Origin: Octopus sinensis
Lineage: Eukaryota
Length of the DNA: 64,000 nucleotides
Reading direction: 5' to 3'
Assembly (NCBI RefSeq): GCF_006345805.1
Contig: NC_042997.1
Coordinates: 142,848,001 to 142,912,000 of the forward strand
The position numbers and the translations under genes are program-made. Of this stretch, positions 53,821 to 64,000 are shown piece after piece. How positions within the stretch are numbered: position 1 is the first letter of the stretch; every line of letters begins with the position of its first letter. The notes under the pieces are model-generated. The model was not told the origin of the DNA. It saw nothing but the letters and a program-made list of their open reading frames with translations, and did no database searches.

Positions 53821-55347
53821 CTGAAATAAAAAAAAAAAAGCAGTTTTTAAGTTCCGTGGGAAATTAATTGGCAAAGAGGAAAATAGTAATGAATATTTCC
53901 ACAACACATTATTCAACAGAATCAACATTAACAATTGACTGTCATGCCAAAGTATAGAAGGATATACCAGTGCAGTTCGCTGCCTTAGCAAAGAAATGAA
54001 ACATTTGTTAGTTGTACAGGACTGCATTCTTGTGGCTGTCATGATCTTATGTCAGCCAATGCTTTGTGAGTGAAATTTGGTGTAGAGAAACTGCACAGAA
54101 GCTCATGTGATTTATATATCTATTTTTTGATGATTTATATCAGATTCAAATTTGGGCACAAAGCCAGCCAGTTTGAGGGAGGTAATAAGTCAGTTACATT
54201 GACCCCAGTGCTCAACTAGTACTTATTTTATTGGCCTTGAAAGGATAACTGGCAAAGTCGACCGCAGCAAAATTTGAACTCAGAACATAAATATGGGCAA
54301 AATTCTGCAAGCATTTTGCCTGTCATGCTAACAATTCTACCAGCTCACCATCCTGTAACAAGGGTTACAGGAAAAGTGCCCAAAAGAGATGCAAATTTTT
54401 CAACAAAGAGTAAATGTGAATAAAAATATAGATTTGTAACAGAACGAGTCACCTTTTTTAGGAGTTATCAACCCATGAAAGGTGAAGTCAATAAAAAATA
54501 GGATTTGAACTAAAAAGGTAAAAAAAGAAGTGAAAGGACAAAGTAGCTATATATTATAGAATTTAGTCTGATACGCCATCATTTCTGCTCGTTTATTTCC
54601 CTGCTTTAGGTTTTGCGGGAAATAAAGTGGCAGAGAGAAAAATAGCAATCAATATTTCCATGATATTACTTCACTGAATCAATACCAACAATTGGCTGTC
54701 CAGCCAAAGTATCAGGATTTTCTCAAGAAGGATATACCTTCTTAAAATAACTGTCTTAGTTGTAAGATATCTTTGCTAAATAACATTTCTTTTTACTAGC
54801 CCCTTAATAGAGAGAAGATTTCCTTTCCTTCCAACCACAAAGAAATAATCTCTCCAGCCATCTTCATCATCTGTTTATGTTTATTCCTGTGAGGGTGGTG
54901 AGAGCAGAATCCTTGGACATTCTTTACAGAGGTTCTTATAAGAAGCAACTGTCAGCAAAGGATTCAGCTGGATCCCCAAGAAAGATCAGTCATGGCAAGA
55001 CCAACCAACTCCCTTACGGTCTCCCTACCTCTCTACCTCTAGATTTCCTGTCAGTTAGTCCCATCTGTAAAATCAGTCAAGCAATTCTTTCTCCAGACAT
55101 TCTAACCACATGTCCATAATAACAGAGCTGTAACCTCCAAATATGGAGAAGTAGCAGCTTAACCTGGAGTGACTACCTCATCTCTGAACTATGCACTCTA
55201 GTAGCTCTGTAGAGAAAATCCTGACTTCTATTTGCAATTGTATTTTTTCAGTCACTGCCCAAGAAATAATTCCAGACCTTGATCAAGGAAGAAAAAATTC
55301 ACTAATTTTAATTATTACTGATTTTAAAAGAAATTTAATTTTGTTAC

Positions 55348-55605
55348 CATTTTGTAGATGATCAGCTTGCTTATTAAACCCACTGGCCCTCAAAGCTTCT
55401 ATTAAGTGATAGTGTATAGCTTTTTCGTCATTTTTTAACAATTGCTTTTCAGTTATCCAATCCATCAAAGCTGTCATAAATGTCGTTTTATCACGCACTT
55501 TATGTTCTCCAAAAATATGGTTTGCAAAAATTTTCAACTCTTGGTTGCTAAGTACTTCTTTCTTTTTACTATTGAAGAAATAGGTCATATATGTTCTATT
55601 CAGAC
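55348..55605 (-). CDS. Death-fold domain exon (258 bp, symmetric phase 1-1)
   Basis: Minus strand: gtttcttttatatAG|GT...AAT G|GTAACA. Encodes GLNRTYMTYFFNSKKKEVLSNQELKIFANHIFGEHKVRDKTTFMTALMDWITEKQLLKNDEKAIHYHLIEALRASGFNKQADHLQN, with the death-domain pattern L..W....../L..AL...G....A..L. Confidence 0.75.
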
Positions 55606-56328
55606 CTATATAAAAGAAACACAATATTAGAAATGAATGTCTATGTAGAATTACTGTATGAATAAATGAGTACACAATGTGAGTATGTTAAGCTTGATTT
55701 ACATATTGAATACCATTACCATGGATCTAGCTTATGTTCTGATCAAATACAAGATAAATCCACAAGAGATGAATCTAAAAAGTATAGTTTTCTATTATAG
55801 AGAAACTAATTTAGTTCACTGCTGCCTGTACCACTTCCACCACCATCAAAAGAAAATGTATAACTATCACTCAAAAGTGAATATTTCCTGGAGGCATGTA
55901 CCATGCTTTTTCCAGTTGTTTTAGGTTCCTATATAATTACAAGCAGACATAAAACACCTACTCTCAGCTTGCCCAAGCATAACCCAATAAAACATTGGGG
56001 ATATGACAATTGAAGGAAGAGACGTGTCTGTAACAGCACTTGGCTGGTACTCTTTTTCAGCTGAGTAAACTGGAATGACATGAAATGAAGCATCTTACTC
56101 AAGGATTTTCTGGTCCAAGAATCAAATTCACCATGAGTCCAACATCCTAAGCAGTGCAGTTGTCAGATTAATTCATTTGTTTTGTTTTTCCATTTATTTT
56201 AATCACCTCCAATGTTATTTGAATTAACATGAAAAATATTTTAATCATAGTGTTTTATTTATCATAGTTCTGTCCCTTTTATTTATCACTTTTGAAATTT
56301 GAACAAATTTGACCTCTTTTAAGACATA

Positions 56329-58064
56329 CAAGGATCGGCTGAAAAGTTCATATGCTGGAGCATTTGAGGTGCAGGAGTGGCTGCATGGTAAGTAGCTTGT
56401 TTACCAACCACATGGTTCCGGGTTCAGTCCCACTGTGTGGCACCTTGGGCAAGTGTCTTCTACTATAGCCTCGGGCCGACCAAAGCCTTGAGTGGATTTG
56501 GTAGATGAAAACTGAAAGAAGCACGTCATATATATGTATATATACATATATATATATATGTATGTATATATATATATGCGTGTGTGTGTTTGTGTGTCTG
56601 TGTCTGTCCCTCTAGCATTGCTTGACAACCGATGCTGGTGTGTTTATGTCCCCGTTACTTAGCGGTTTGGCAAAAGAGACCGATAGAATAAGTACTGGGC
56701 TTACAAAAGAATAAGTCCCGGGGTCAAGTTGCTCGATTAAAGGCGGTGCTCCAGCATGGCCGCAGTCAAATGACTGAAACAAGTAAAAGAGAAAAAGAGA
56801 GTAAGAGTGACCAAGATGCTCTCACGGAATGTGATCAAATGAGGTTTATTTTTCAACTTAGTCCCTCTTGCAGTCCACAGAGTTCTTCCATCAGTATTGC
56901 AGTGCTTGAATCCCATTGGTGAAGAAGCTTTCATCCTGTTTATTAAAAAAGTCATCAACAGCAGATATGATGTCATCATCATTGTGATACTGGTTCCCAG
57001 CCAAGGGTTTTTTTTTTCATTTGAGAGAACAGACGATAGACATATGGAGCCAAATCAGGAGAACAGAGAGGATGATTAACCAGTTCAAAGCTACAGTCAT
57101 GCACAGCAGCCATTGATATGAAGGACTTGTGTGCTGGAACACTATCCCGATGAAACGAGACCCCTTTCATCAGTTTTTTTTGAGTGTTTGGTCTTGATAG
57201 CCTTTCATAACTGCTCCAGTAAGTTGGCATAAAACTCTCCATTGAGAGTGTGGCTCTTTTGAAGATCGTCAGTAAACACAATGCCTTTTGCATCCCAAAA
57301 AACTGAGGCCATGATGAAACTACAGATGAAACAAGCTTGGCTATGTTTGGAGCATTTGAGGAGGGGTGTTTCCATTGCATGGACTGTCTCTTTGTCTCTG
57401 GCTCAAAAATGATGAAGCCAACACTCATTCTGGGTTAGAAAATGTTCAAGGAAACCAGCTGGATCTGCTTCAAACAACGTCAGATTTTTGTGTGATTTGA
57501 TCAGCCTAGTGCATTTTTGATCAAGTATCAGAAAACATGGCATCCACCAAGCAAAAAAATCTTCATTATGCCAAGTCCATTGTGCAGAATATTCTCCACT
57601 CTCAATAGTATTGGCTATTTGATTTCTATTCAAATGCCTGTCAGCCATCACCATGTGGTGAACATGATCAATGTTTTCAAAAGTGGTGGTAATTGCAGGA
57701 CATACAGAACTTAGGACACACTCAAGACTCTTCCTGCCCCTCCTAAATTCAGCTGCCCACTTTTGCACTGTTGATAAATCTGGAGCATCATTGCCTAATG
57801 TAGCAACCATGTCAGCATGAATATCCTTTGCGGTTAAACCCTATTTCTGCAGGTACAGCACCATGATCCCAAATTTTGTCTATTTTCAAGAGAAGTCACT
57901 ACTATTTACTTCTGAAGTCTTCTCTCAACAGTCAGGTGTCAGTTTACTTGGAAAGAAAACAATAATGCAGTTATTAATAAGAGTTGTAATTGATGCATAC
58001 AAGATTTCACAACTCTAGCATCACTTCTTCATAGTCAAACTATAAACTTTTCAACTCACCCTCA
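56329..58064 (-). mobile_element. Degenerate mariner (DD34D, probably irritans-like) with nested SINE
   Basis: TA-flanked TIRs caaggatcggctgaaaagtt / aacttttcaactcaccctca. Motifs WAAEFRRGR.SLE, WMPCFL (WVP.L), LTQNECWLHHFEPETKRQSMQW, FHRDSVPAH, HPLCSPDLAP. Confidence 0.9.
56368..56806 (+). mobile_element. Main SINE family, young full-length copy nested in the mariner
   Basis: Colinear with 7948-8345 and retains CpGs. Confidence 0.9.
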
Positions 58065-58566
58065 TATAACAATGATGTGTCAAGTAGGTAAAAATGAACA
58101 AATTTATCTGACAATCCAATAAAATGGGCCTAATTCAAATATTTTTTTCAGCATCAAATTTGTAAAAATTATAATTGCAAAAAAAAAAAATAAATAAAAG
58201 AATATGTATAAATTCAGAATCAGCAAATTTACCCTATGAATGTTTGAAATTTACCCCCTCAGAGTAAATTTACGACAGTCTAGAAAACAACATTTCTAAT
58301 GGAAGCTTTGCAGAGAAAACTGCAACATATCTGTTACCCAATATATCAATTGTGTTGCTTTTCAACAACACACAGAAATAGCGACCATGTCTCTTCTATA
58401 TCTCCTAAGTAAATTGTGTAAAATTTGTTCTTTGTTGATGAGATCTACCTGTGAATATATCAATATACATTATTAAAGAATTTGTTTCATAACTGGATAT
58501 ACTTTCCTTTGCTTCTCTCCTACTTCTCCTCTCTCTCTCTCTCTCTCTCTCCTTCTCTCTAATGCA

Positions 58567-58883
58567 CAGTTAACTGAGAATAGTTTTTATTTAACTAAGG
58601 CTAGTCTTCAATTAACTGGGATTAGTATGTCATTAACTGAAAATACTATTCAGTTAACTGAGGTCAGTGAGCAGTAGTTAATTGGGAGTAGTGTAAAGTT
58701 AAATGAATGTGTATATTGCTTAAGTGAGGGTGGTATATAGTTTAACTTAGAGTGGTAGTTAACTGAGAATGTGTACACTATTAACCAAGTGTGATTATAA
58801 AGTTAACTCAGAGCAATATACAGTTAAGTGAGTGTATATATAGACAAGTGAGAGTGATACAGAGTTTAACTGAGAGTGAAGTA
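58567..58883. repeat. Degenerate ~21-22-bp tandem array (AGTTAACTGAG core)
   Basis: Recurrent (g)ttaactgag variants at ~21-22 bp spacing; further copies at ~59540-59605. Confidence 0.75.
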
Positions 58884-59537
58884 CAGTTAATTGAGGGTGT
58901 GTATGCAGTTGATTGTATACAATCTATAGTTAACTGAGAGTGTGTATACAGTTGATTGTATACAATCTACAGTTAACTGAGGGTGTGTATACAGTTGATT
59001 GTATACAATCTACAGTTAACTGAGGGTGTGTATACAGTTGATTGTATACAATCTACAGTTAACTGAGGGTGTGTATACAGTTGATTGTATACAATCTACA
59101 GTTAACTGAGGGTGTGTATACAGTTGATTGTATACAATCTACAGTTAACTGAGGGTGTGTATACAGTTGATTGTATACAATCTACAGTTAACTGAGGGTG
59201 TGTATACAGTTGATTGTATACAATCTACAGTTAACTGAGGGTGTGTATACAGTTGATTGTATACAATCTACAGTTAACTGAGGGTGTGTATACAGTTGAT
59301 TGTATACAATCTACAGTTAACTGAGGGTGTGTATACAGTTGATTGTATACAATCTACAGTTAACTGAGGGTGTGTATACAGTTGATTGTATACAATCTAC
59401 AGTTAACTGAGGGTGTGTATACAGTTGATTGTATACAATCTACAGTTAACTGAGGGTGTGTATACAGTTGATAGTATACAATCTACAGTTAACTGAGGGT
59501 GTGCATACAGTTGATTGTATACGACCTATAGTTAACA
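58884..59537. repeat. 43-bp minisatellite, about 15 copies
   Basis: Unit CAGTTAACTGAGGGTGTGTATACAGTTGATTGTATACAATCTA. Period checked 58981 to 59024 to 59497. Confidence 0.95.
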
Positions 59538-59869
59538 CAACCTGGTGTGTATACAGTCTAACTAAGGGTATATATACAGCTTAACTAAGGGTGTGTAAAC
59601 AGTAACCAATTCAGACACCACAATGGTTAAGATTTAAGACATTGGAGTGCAAATATAACTCAAAAATGAGCCAATTATTACAAACTTTTCATGGATGAAG
59701 TCTGTCTTTCCAACAGATTAACTTTCTTTTTAACTGTGACTTATTCACTTTGCAACCACAAGGTCCTGAGTTAAATCCTATTGTGTAGCATTTTTAGCAG
59801 GTGTCATTTTCTATAACTTCAGGTTTTATCCATATATTGAGTGAAACTGGGTGAAGAGAAACTGTAGAG

Positions 59870-60388
59870 CAGTGTTTCTCAACCAGGGTTCCCTGAAACC
59901 CTAGGGTTCTGCAAAAAGTTCCTGGGGGTTCCATGAGAAAAAGTGAGATAAGCTAATGCTAATTTCATGATCATAATATTACTATACATGCGCAACATAT
60001 TATTGGTTATTGTAACATTGTAATATAGACACCATCCTATCTAACCTATTATGTTATAAAAAAATATAACAACCATAAATATATATATATTATCATCATC
60101 ATCATCATCATCGTTTAACGTCCGCTTTCCATGCAAAGCATGGGTTGGACGATTTGAGTGAGGTCTGGCGAACCAGATGGCTGCACCAGATGGCTGCACC
60201 AGACTCCAATCTGATCTGGCAGGGTTTCTACAGCTGGATGCCCTTCTTAACACCAACCACTCTGAGAGTGTAGTGGGTGCTTTTACGTGCCACTGGCATG
60301 AGGGCCAGTCAGGCGGTACTGGCAATGGGCACGCTCAAATGGTGCTTTTTATGTGCAACCTGCACAGAAGCCAATCCAGCAGCACTGG

Positions 60389-60432
<44 letters not shown>

Positions 60433-60557
60433 ATGTATATTTACCATGTGAACTATGATGAAAAAATATGAGAAAGATATGGTATTTAATTTTTTTTGTG
60501 CAGGGGTTCCTTCAGACATGTAATTTACTTTAAGGGTAAAAAGGTTGAGAAACACTT
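59870..60557. mobile_element. hAT (Charlie-like) MITE with nested RTE-tail repeat
   Basis: TIR CAGTGTTTCTCAACC / GGTTGAGAAACACTT with perfect 8-bp TSD CTGTAGAG. Confidence 0.9.
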
Positions 60558-61040
60558 CTGTAGAGAGATCCACTGGATGGACTAGAAAAGGAACTCAGTT
60601 AAATGGGTGGAGGGGAAGGCGAAAGAGGAAAGAATAAGAGTCAAGGATAAAGCAGAAGCAGTAGTTGCAGACTTAATAGGGATATTGTTTGAAGGACCCA
60701 GCTGTGTGCATAGACATTATGCTTCCATAACATCAGCAATGTGCATATATAGTGTGTATGCACACTATGCTTTTAGAACTTCAGTCACAAAGTGCTAATT
60801 CAAATGATCCAGCTTTCACACATATTGTGTCACACTGACTCTGCCTGAAGTTTGTTATGGGTGCCCATGTTTACAGAATACTCAGACACACACACACACT
60901 TTAATTCAGAAGCAAGTAACTCATTTGATCAAACAACTGGATGTTCATTGATGACGACAATGGCAACCACAATTGCTGTGACCACCACAGTATATTGGGT
61001 GAGGGCGCACAGTACTCCTCACAACCAATCTCCCATAATA

Positions 61041-61273
61041 CAAGGGGGTACTGAAAAGTTCCAGGCTTAGGGTAAAAGAAAATTAACAGGAGGATCAGTT
61101 AATTATGATTTTATTCAGTGTATTCTCCTCTCAGAGACACACACTTATTGCAGTAATCTTTCAGATATTCTAAACTCTGTAAAAGAACTCAGAAATTTGG
61201 GCCTCCAACCAGGCTTTTCATGACACCCTTAAATCCAGGAACTTTCCAGCTCCCTTGTGTATGTATGTGTATG

Positions 61274-61328
<55 letters not shown>

Positions 61329-61558
61329 TATACACACACATATGAGGGGGTGCTGATAAGTTCCTGACTTTGGGTAAAAGAAAATACAGGAGAATCAGTT
61401 AATTAAGATTTTATTCAACATATTCCCCTCTCAGATTCACACAATATTGCAGTGGTCCTTCAGTTTTTCTAAGCCCTGTAAAAGAACTCAGAAGGTTGGG
61501 TCTCCAACCAGGCCTTTCGCAATACCCTTAAAGCCAGGAACTTTTCAGCACCTTCTTG
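61041..61558. mobile_element. Two direct copies of a ~217-bp mariner-derived MITE (61041-61257, 61343-61558) around (TA)n
   Basis: TIRs (c/t)(a/g)agggggt(a/g)ctga(a/t)aagttcc / ggaacttt(t/c)cagc. Internal sequences are colinear. Confidence 0.85.
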
Positions 61559-61642
61559 TATAAGTGGCAAAAGTCTCCATGTAAACCATAAAGCCAACAT
61601 ACTACTTCAATAATATATGAAAACAAATAAATCTGTACTTAC

Positions 61643-61743
61643 CCCATGGAATATCCCATGCCTCTCCTGGACTCATGCCTTCTCTGTTTTGTGGGTTCAT
61701 GCTTTTTCCGTTTCTCTGCATAAGATATTGATTTAGTTCAAAT
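61643..61743 (-). CDS. Coding exon of a probable ankyrin-repeat/death-domain protein (101 bp, phase 2 to 1)
   Basis: Minus strand: ttttattttgtAG|A...TGG G|GTAAGT. Only one frame is open: FELNQYLMQRNGKSMNPQNREGMSPGEAWDIPW, resembling an ankyrin repeat junction (..EL..YL......N.QN.EG.[ST]P). Phase-compatible with the 55605 exon. Confidence 0.7.
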
Positions 61744-63084
61744 CTACAAAATAAAATCATGATCATTGTCACTTTTCTCCTCACTGTATCACCATTCACT
61801 TCACTTAGAAAAACTAATTCTATCACCATCTCCAACTCATCCTCATCACCACTGCCACCACCACCAACATCACCGTCATTTTAACATCCCCTTTCCTATG
61901 CTTACATGGGTCACATGAAATTTACTGAATGACAGATGTTCTATGGCTGGATGCCCTTCCTGTCACCAATCCTCACCTGTTTCCAAGCAAGGTAAATCTG
62001 GTGTTTTGATGGAGACTTTTGTCCACTTCTTAGGATCAAACGACTTGTGGTTAACTGCCATTTGCACAGAACTTTTCTCCACTTCAGTCTTTGATGTTCT
62101 TGTTCAAATATTTGCTTCTTCCATCAAAATCAGCACTAATTTTATCCAACCCAGATTAGTTTCAGATAAGTTTGTACACTTAATCTTCTTCAATTATTAG
62201 TACATTTTCCTACCACATGAAGTTGTTTAACCACCAGTAAAACAGCAGCCAGATCTCCTTCAAGTCACATTCTACTGGCTTAAAAATGGAAAGCGACAAG
62301 TTAGGTGATGTAGTCCAAGATGCCTCTGGAACGGTGCAATCATCAAGACTGGAATGTCTGTGGTCATCATCATCATTAAACATCTGTTCTCATGCTGGCA
62401 TGAGTTGGACAGCTTGATAAGAACCAGTGAGGCCAGGATCCACACAAGCTTTCATAGTCTATTTTGGCTTGGTTTCTACAGTTGAATGCCCTTCCTAATG
62501 CTTTCCTCTTTACAGAACATACTGGATGCTTTTTATGTTGCACCATTACCAGTACATTTTACATGGCATTATCACCAGTACTTTTTACATGGCACGAGCA
62601 CCAGATAGATTTGTTTAATATCATTTATTTTAACATCTGTTTTCCAAACTAGCATTGTTTAGATGTAAGGAAACCAAGGTAGAAATCTTATAGCTGGAGG
62701 TACTTCTTGTTATCAACCCTTACCTGTTTTTGAAGAACAGGAATACTTTTTTTTTTAGTGGATGAATTGTTAACATGAAATACCAATAAGTGTTACTGGT
62801 TTCAGACCAACCAGAAACAGTGACATCACAGCTCATAGTTTGACTCTTTAATCCAAATCTTTATACAAAGATTTGGATGAGATGAAAACCTTTGGAAGTG
62901 ACATCCTGTACTTTTACAAGTTTTACATTTTGTCTCATGGCCATGCTGGAGTCAAGCCTAAAATTTAGTTAATTATATCAACTCCAGAACTTTCTGTCTA
63001 TAAGAGACAAAAGATAAAGGATAATTGAACATAGCTCGAACAGAGCTAAATACCACAAGGTATATATGTTTGGTCATCCCTTAC

Positions 63085-63897
63085 CAGTAGTATTATTCTT
63101 AGTGCAAGTTTTGAAGAGTGCAGTTCGATTTTAACACTTATTTTTTAAAGCTATAATGGAAGTGACAAAAGAGTATATTTAGCATATTTTGCTTTATGAA
63201 TTCAATAAAGGCAAGAACACAACGGAAAATGCAAGGAATATTAATGCAGTATATGGGGATTGGACAATAAGTGTAAGCCAGTGTCAATGGTGGTTCCAGA
63301 AATTCTGAGCCAGAAACTACAGCCTAGAAGACGAGCCTCGTCCTGAAAGATCTGTAGAGCTTGGCAAGGATGTCCTGCAAACCCTGGTGGAACAAGATCC
63401 CATTGTAACTGTTGAGGAACTAGCAGAGATGCTTGAATTTGGTCATTCAACTATTCATCAACACCCACATGCCATCAGAAAAGTCAGCAAATAGGATCAA
63501 TGGGTTCCTCACAAACTTTCTGAGTCTAATCACACACAGAGAGTGAATGTGTGCTCTTCTTTGTTGTCACATCTCACGAAAGAACCTTTTGGACTGAATA
63601 GTGACTGGTGATGAGAAATGAGTTCTCTATAAAAATGTGAAGTGCTGAAGACAGTGGGTGGGGAAAGGAGAAACACCAGCACCCCAGGCTAAAGAAGGTA
63701 TTCACCCATGTAAGGTGCTGTTATCTGTTTGGTGGGATGTGAAAGGTTTAATCCACTTTGAACTTTTAAACCCAAACTAAATGATAACAAAGGAGATCTA
63801 CTGTGAGCAGCTTGAGCAGATTCAGTCAGCGCTAGAAGGAAAATGACCACCTTTGGTTTGAAGACGAAAGGTGTTCTTCCATCAGGATAACGAGGCA
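63085..63897 (+). mobile_element. Degenerate 3'-truncated mariner transposase
   Basis: From ATG at 63156: LLYEFNKG, QWWFQKF, SLEDEPR, WVPHKLSE, IVTGDEK, KVLLSVWWDVKGLIHFELL, FHQDN, with stops and frameshifts. Confidence 0.9.
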
Positions 63898-64000
63898 GTG
63901 AAAACGGGCCACAGGATCCGGCTGATTGTTTACATTTTTTGTTTGTCGACTGTTGCAAATGGTGACTGGTATCTGTTTGCTAATTATGGTGAATGGTGAC

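Noticed and set aside
53584-54042. 152-aa minus-strand ORF
   Set aside because: Spans intron, repeat remnants and UTR; the plausible coding part is in another frame (DYDCLH*).
58388-58448. Myosin-head-like DLINKEQILHNLLRRYRRD
   Set aside because: No following IYTY/NP motif and no other myosin exons in the window.
58884-59537. CRISPR-like palindromic repeat array
   Set aside because: Head-to-tail identical units with no unique spacers, no cas genes, eukaryotic intron.

Overview
Eukaryotic, very AT-rich, microsatellite- and SINE-dense genomic DNA, most likely from an octopus or other coleoid cephalopod (inferred from the SINE families and repeat landscape). Most entries in the ORF track are microsatellite or repeat artefacts. 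Real genes: (1) the last three coding exons of an SLC4 Cl-/HCO3- anion exchanger (AE1-3/Ae2 type) on + (4363-9394); (2) the last three coding exons of a probable ankyrin-repeat plus death-domain protein on - (61743-53801). The rest is mobile DNA: two major tRNA-derived SINE families, a tRNA-Glu-headed SINE-like chimera, a maT/DD37D element, two mariners, hAT, piggyBac-like and mariner MITEs, Helitron-like elements, RTE and R4/Dong LINE fragments, candidate solo LTRs, a ~4 kb (TA)n satellite and a 43-bp minisatellite. The most notable structure is a degenerate Naiad-type Penelope-like retroelement (RT + GIY-YIG, TGA at a zinc-finger Cys position) bounded by inverted termini with hammerhead-ribozyme-like motifs. 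At least four non-coding fold-back elements in or beside (TA)n tracts also carry hammerhead cores in their arms. Repeat coordinates are approximate; exon coordinates were read from splice sites by hand.
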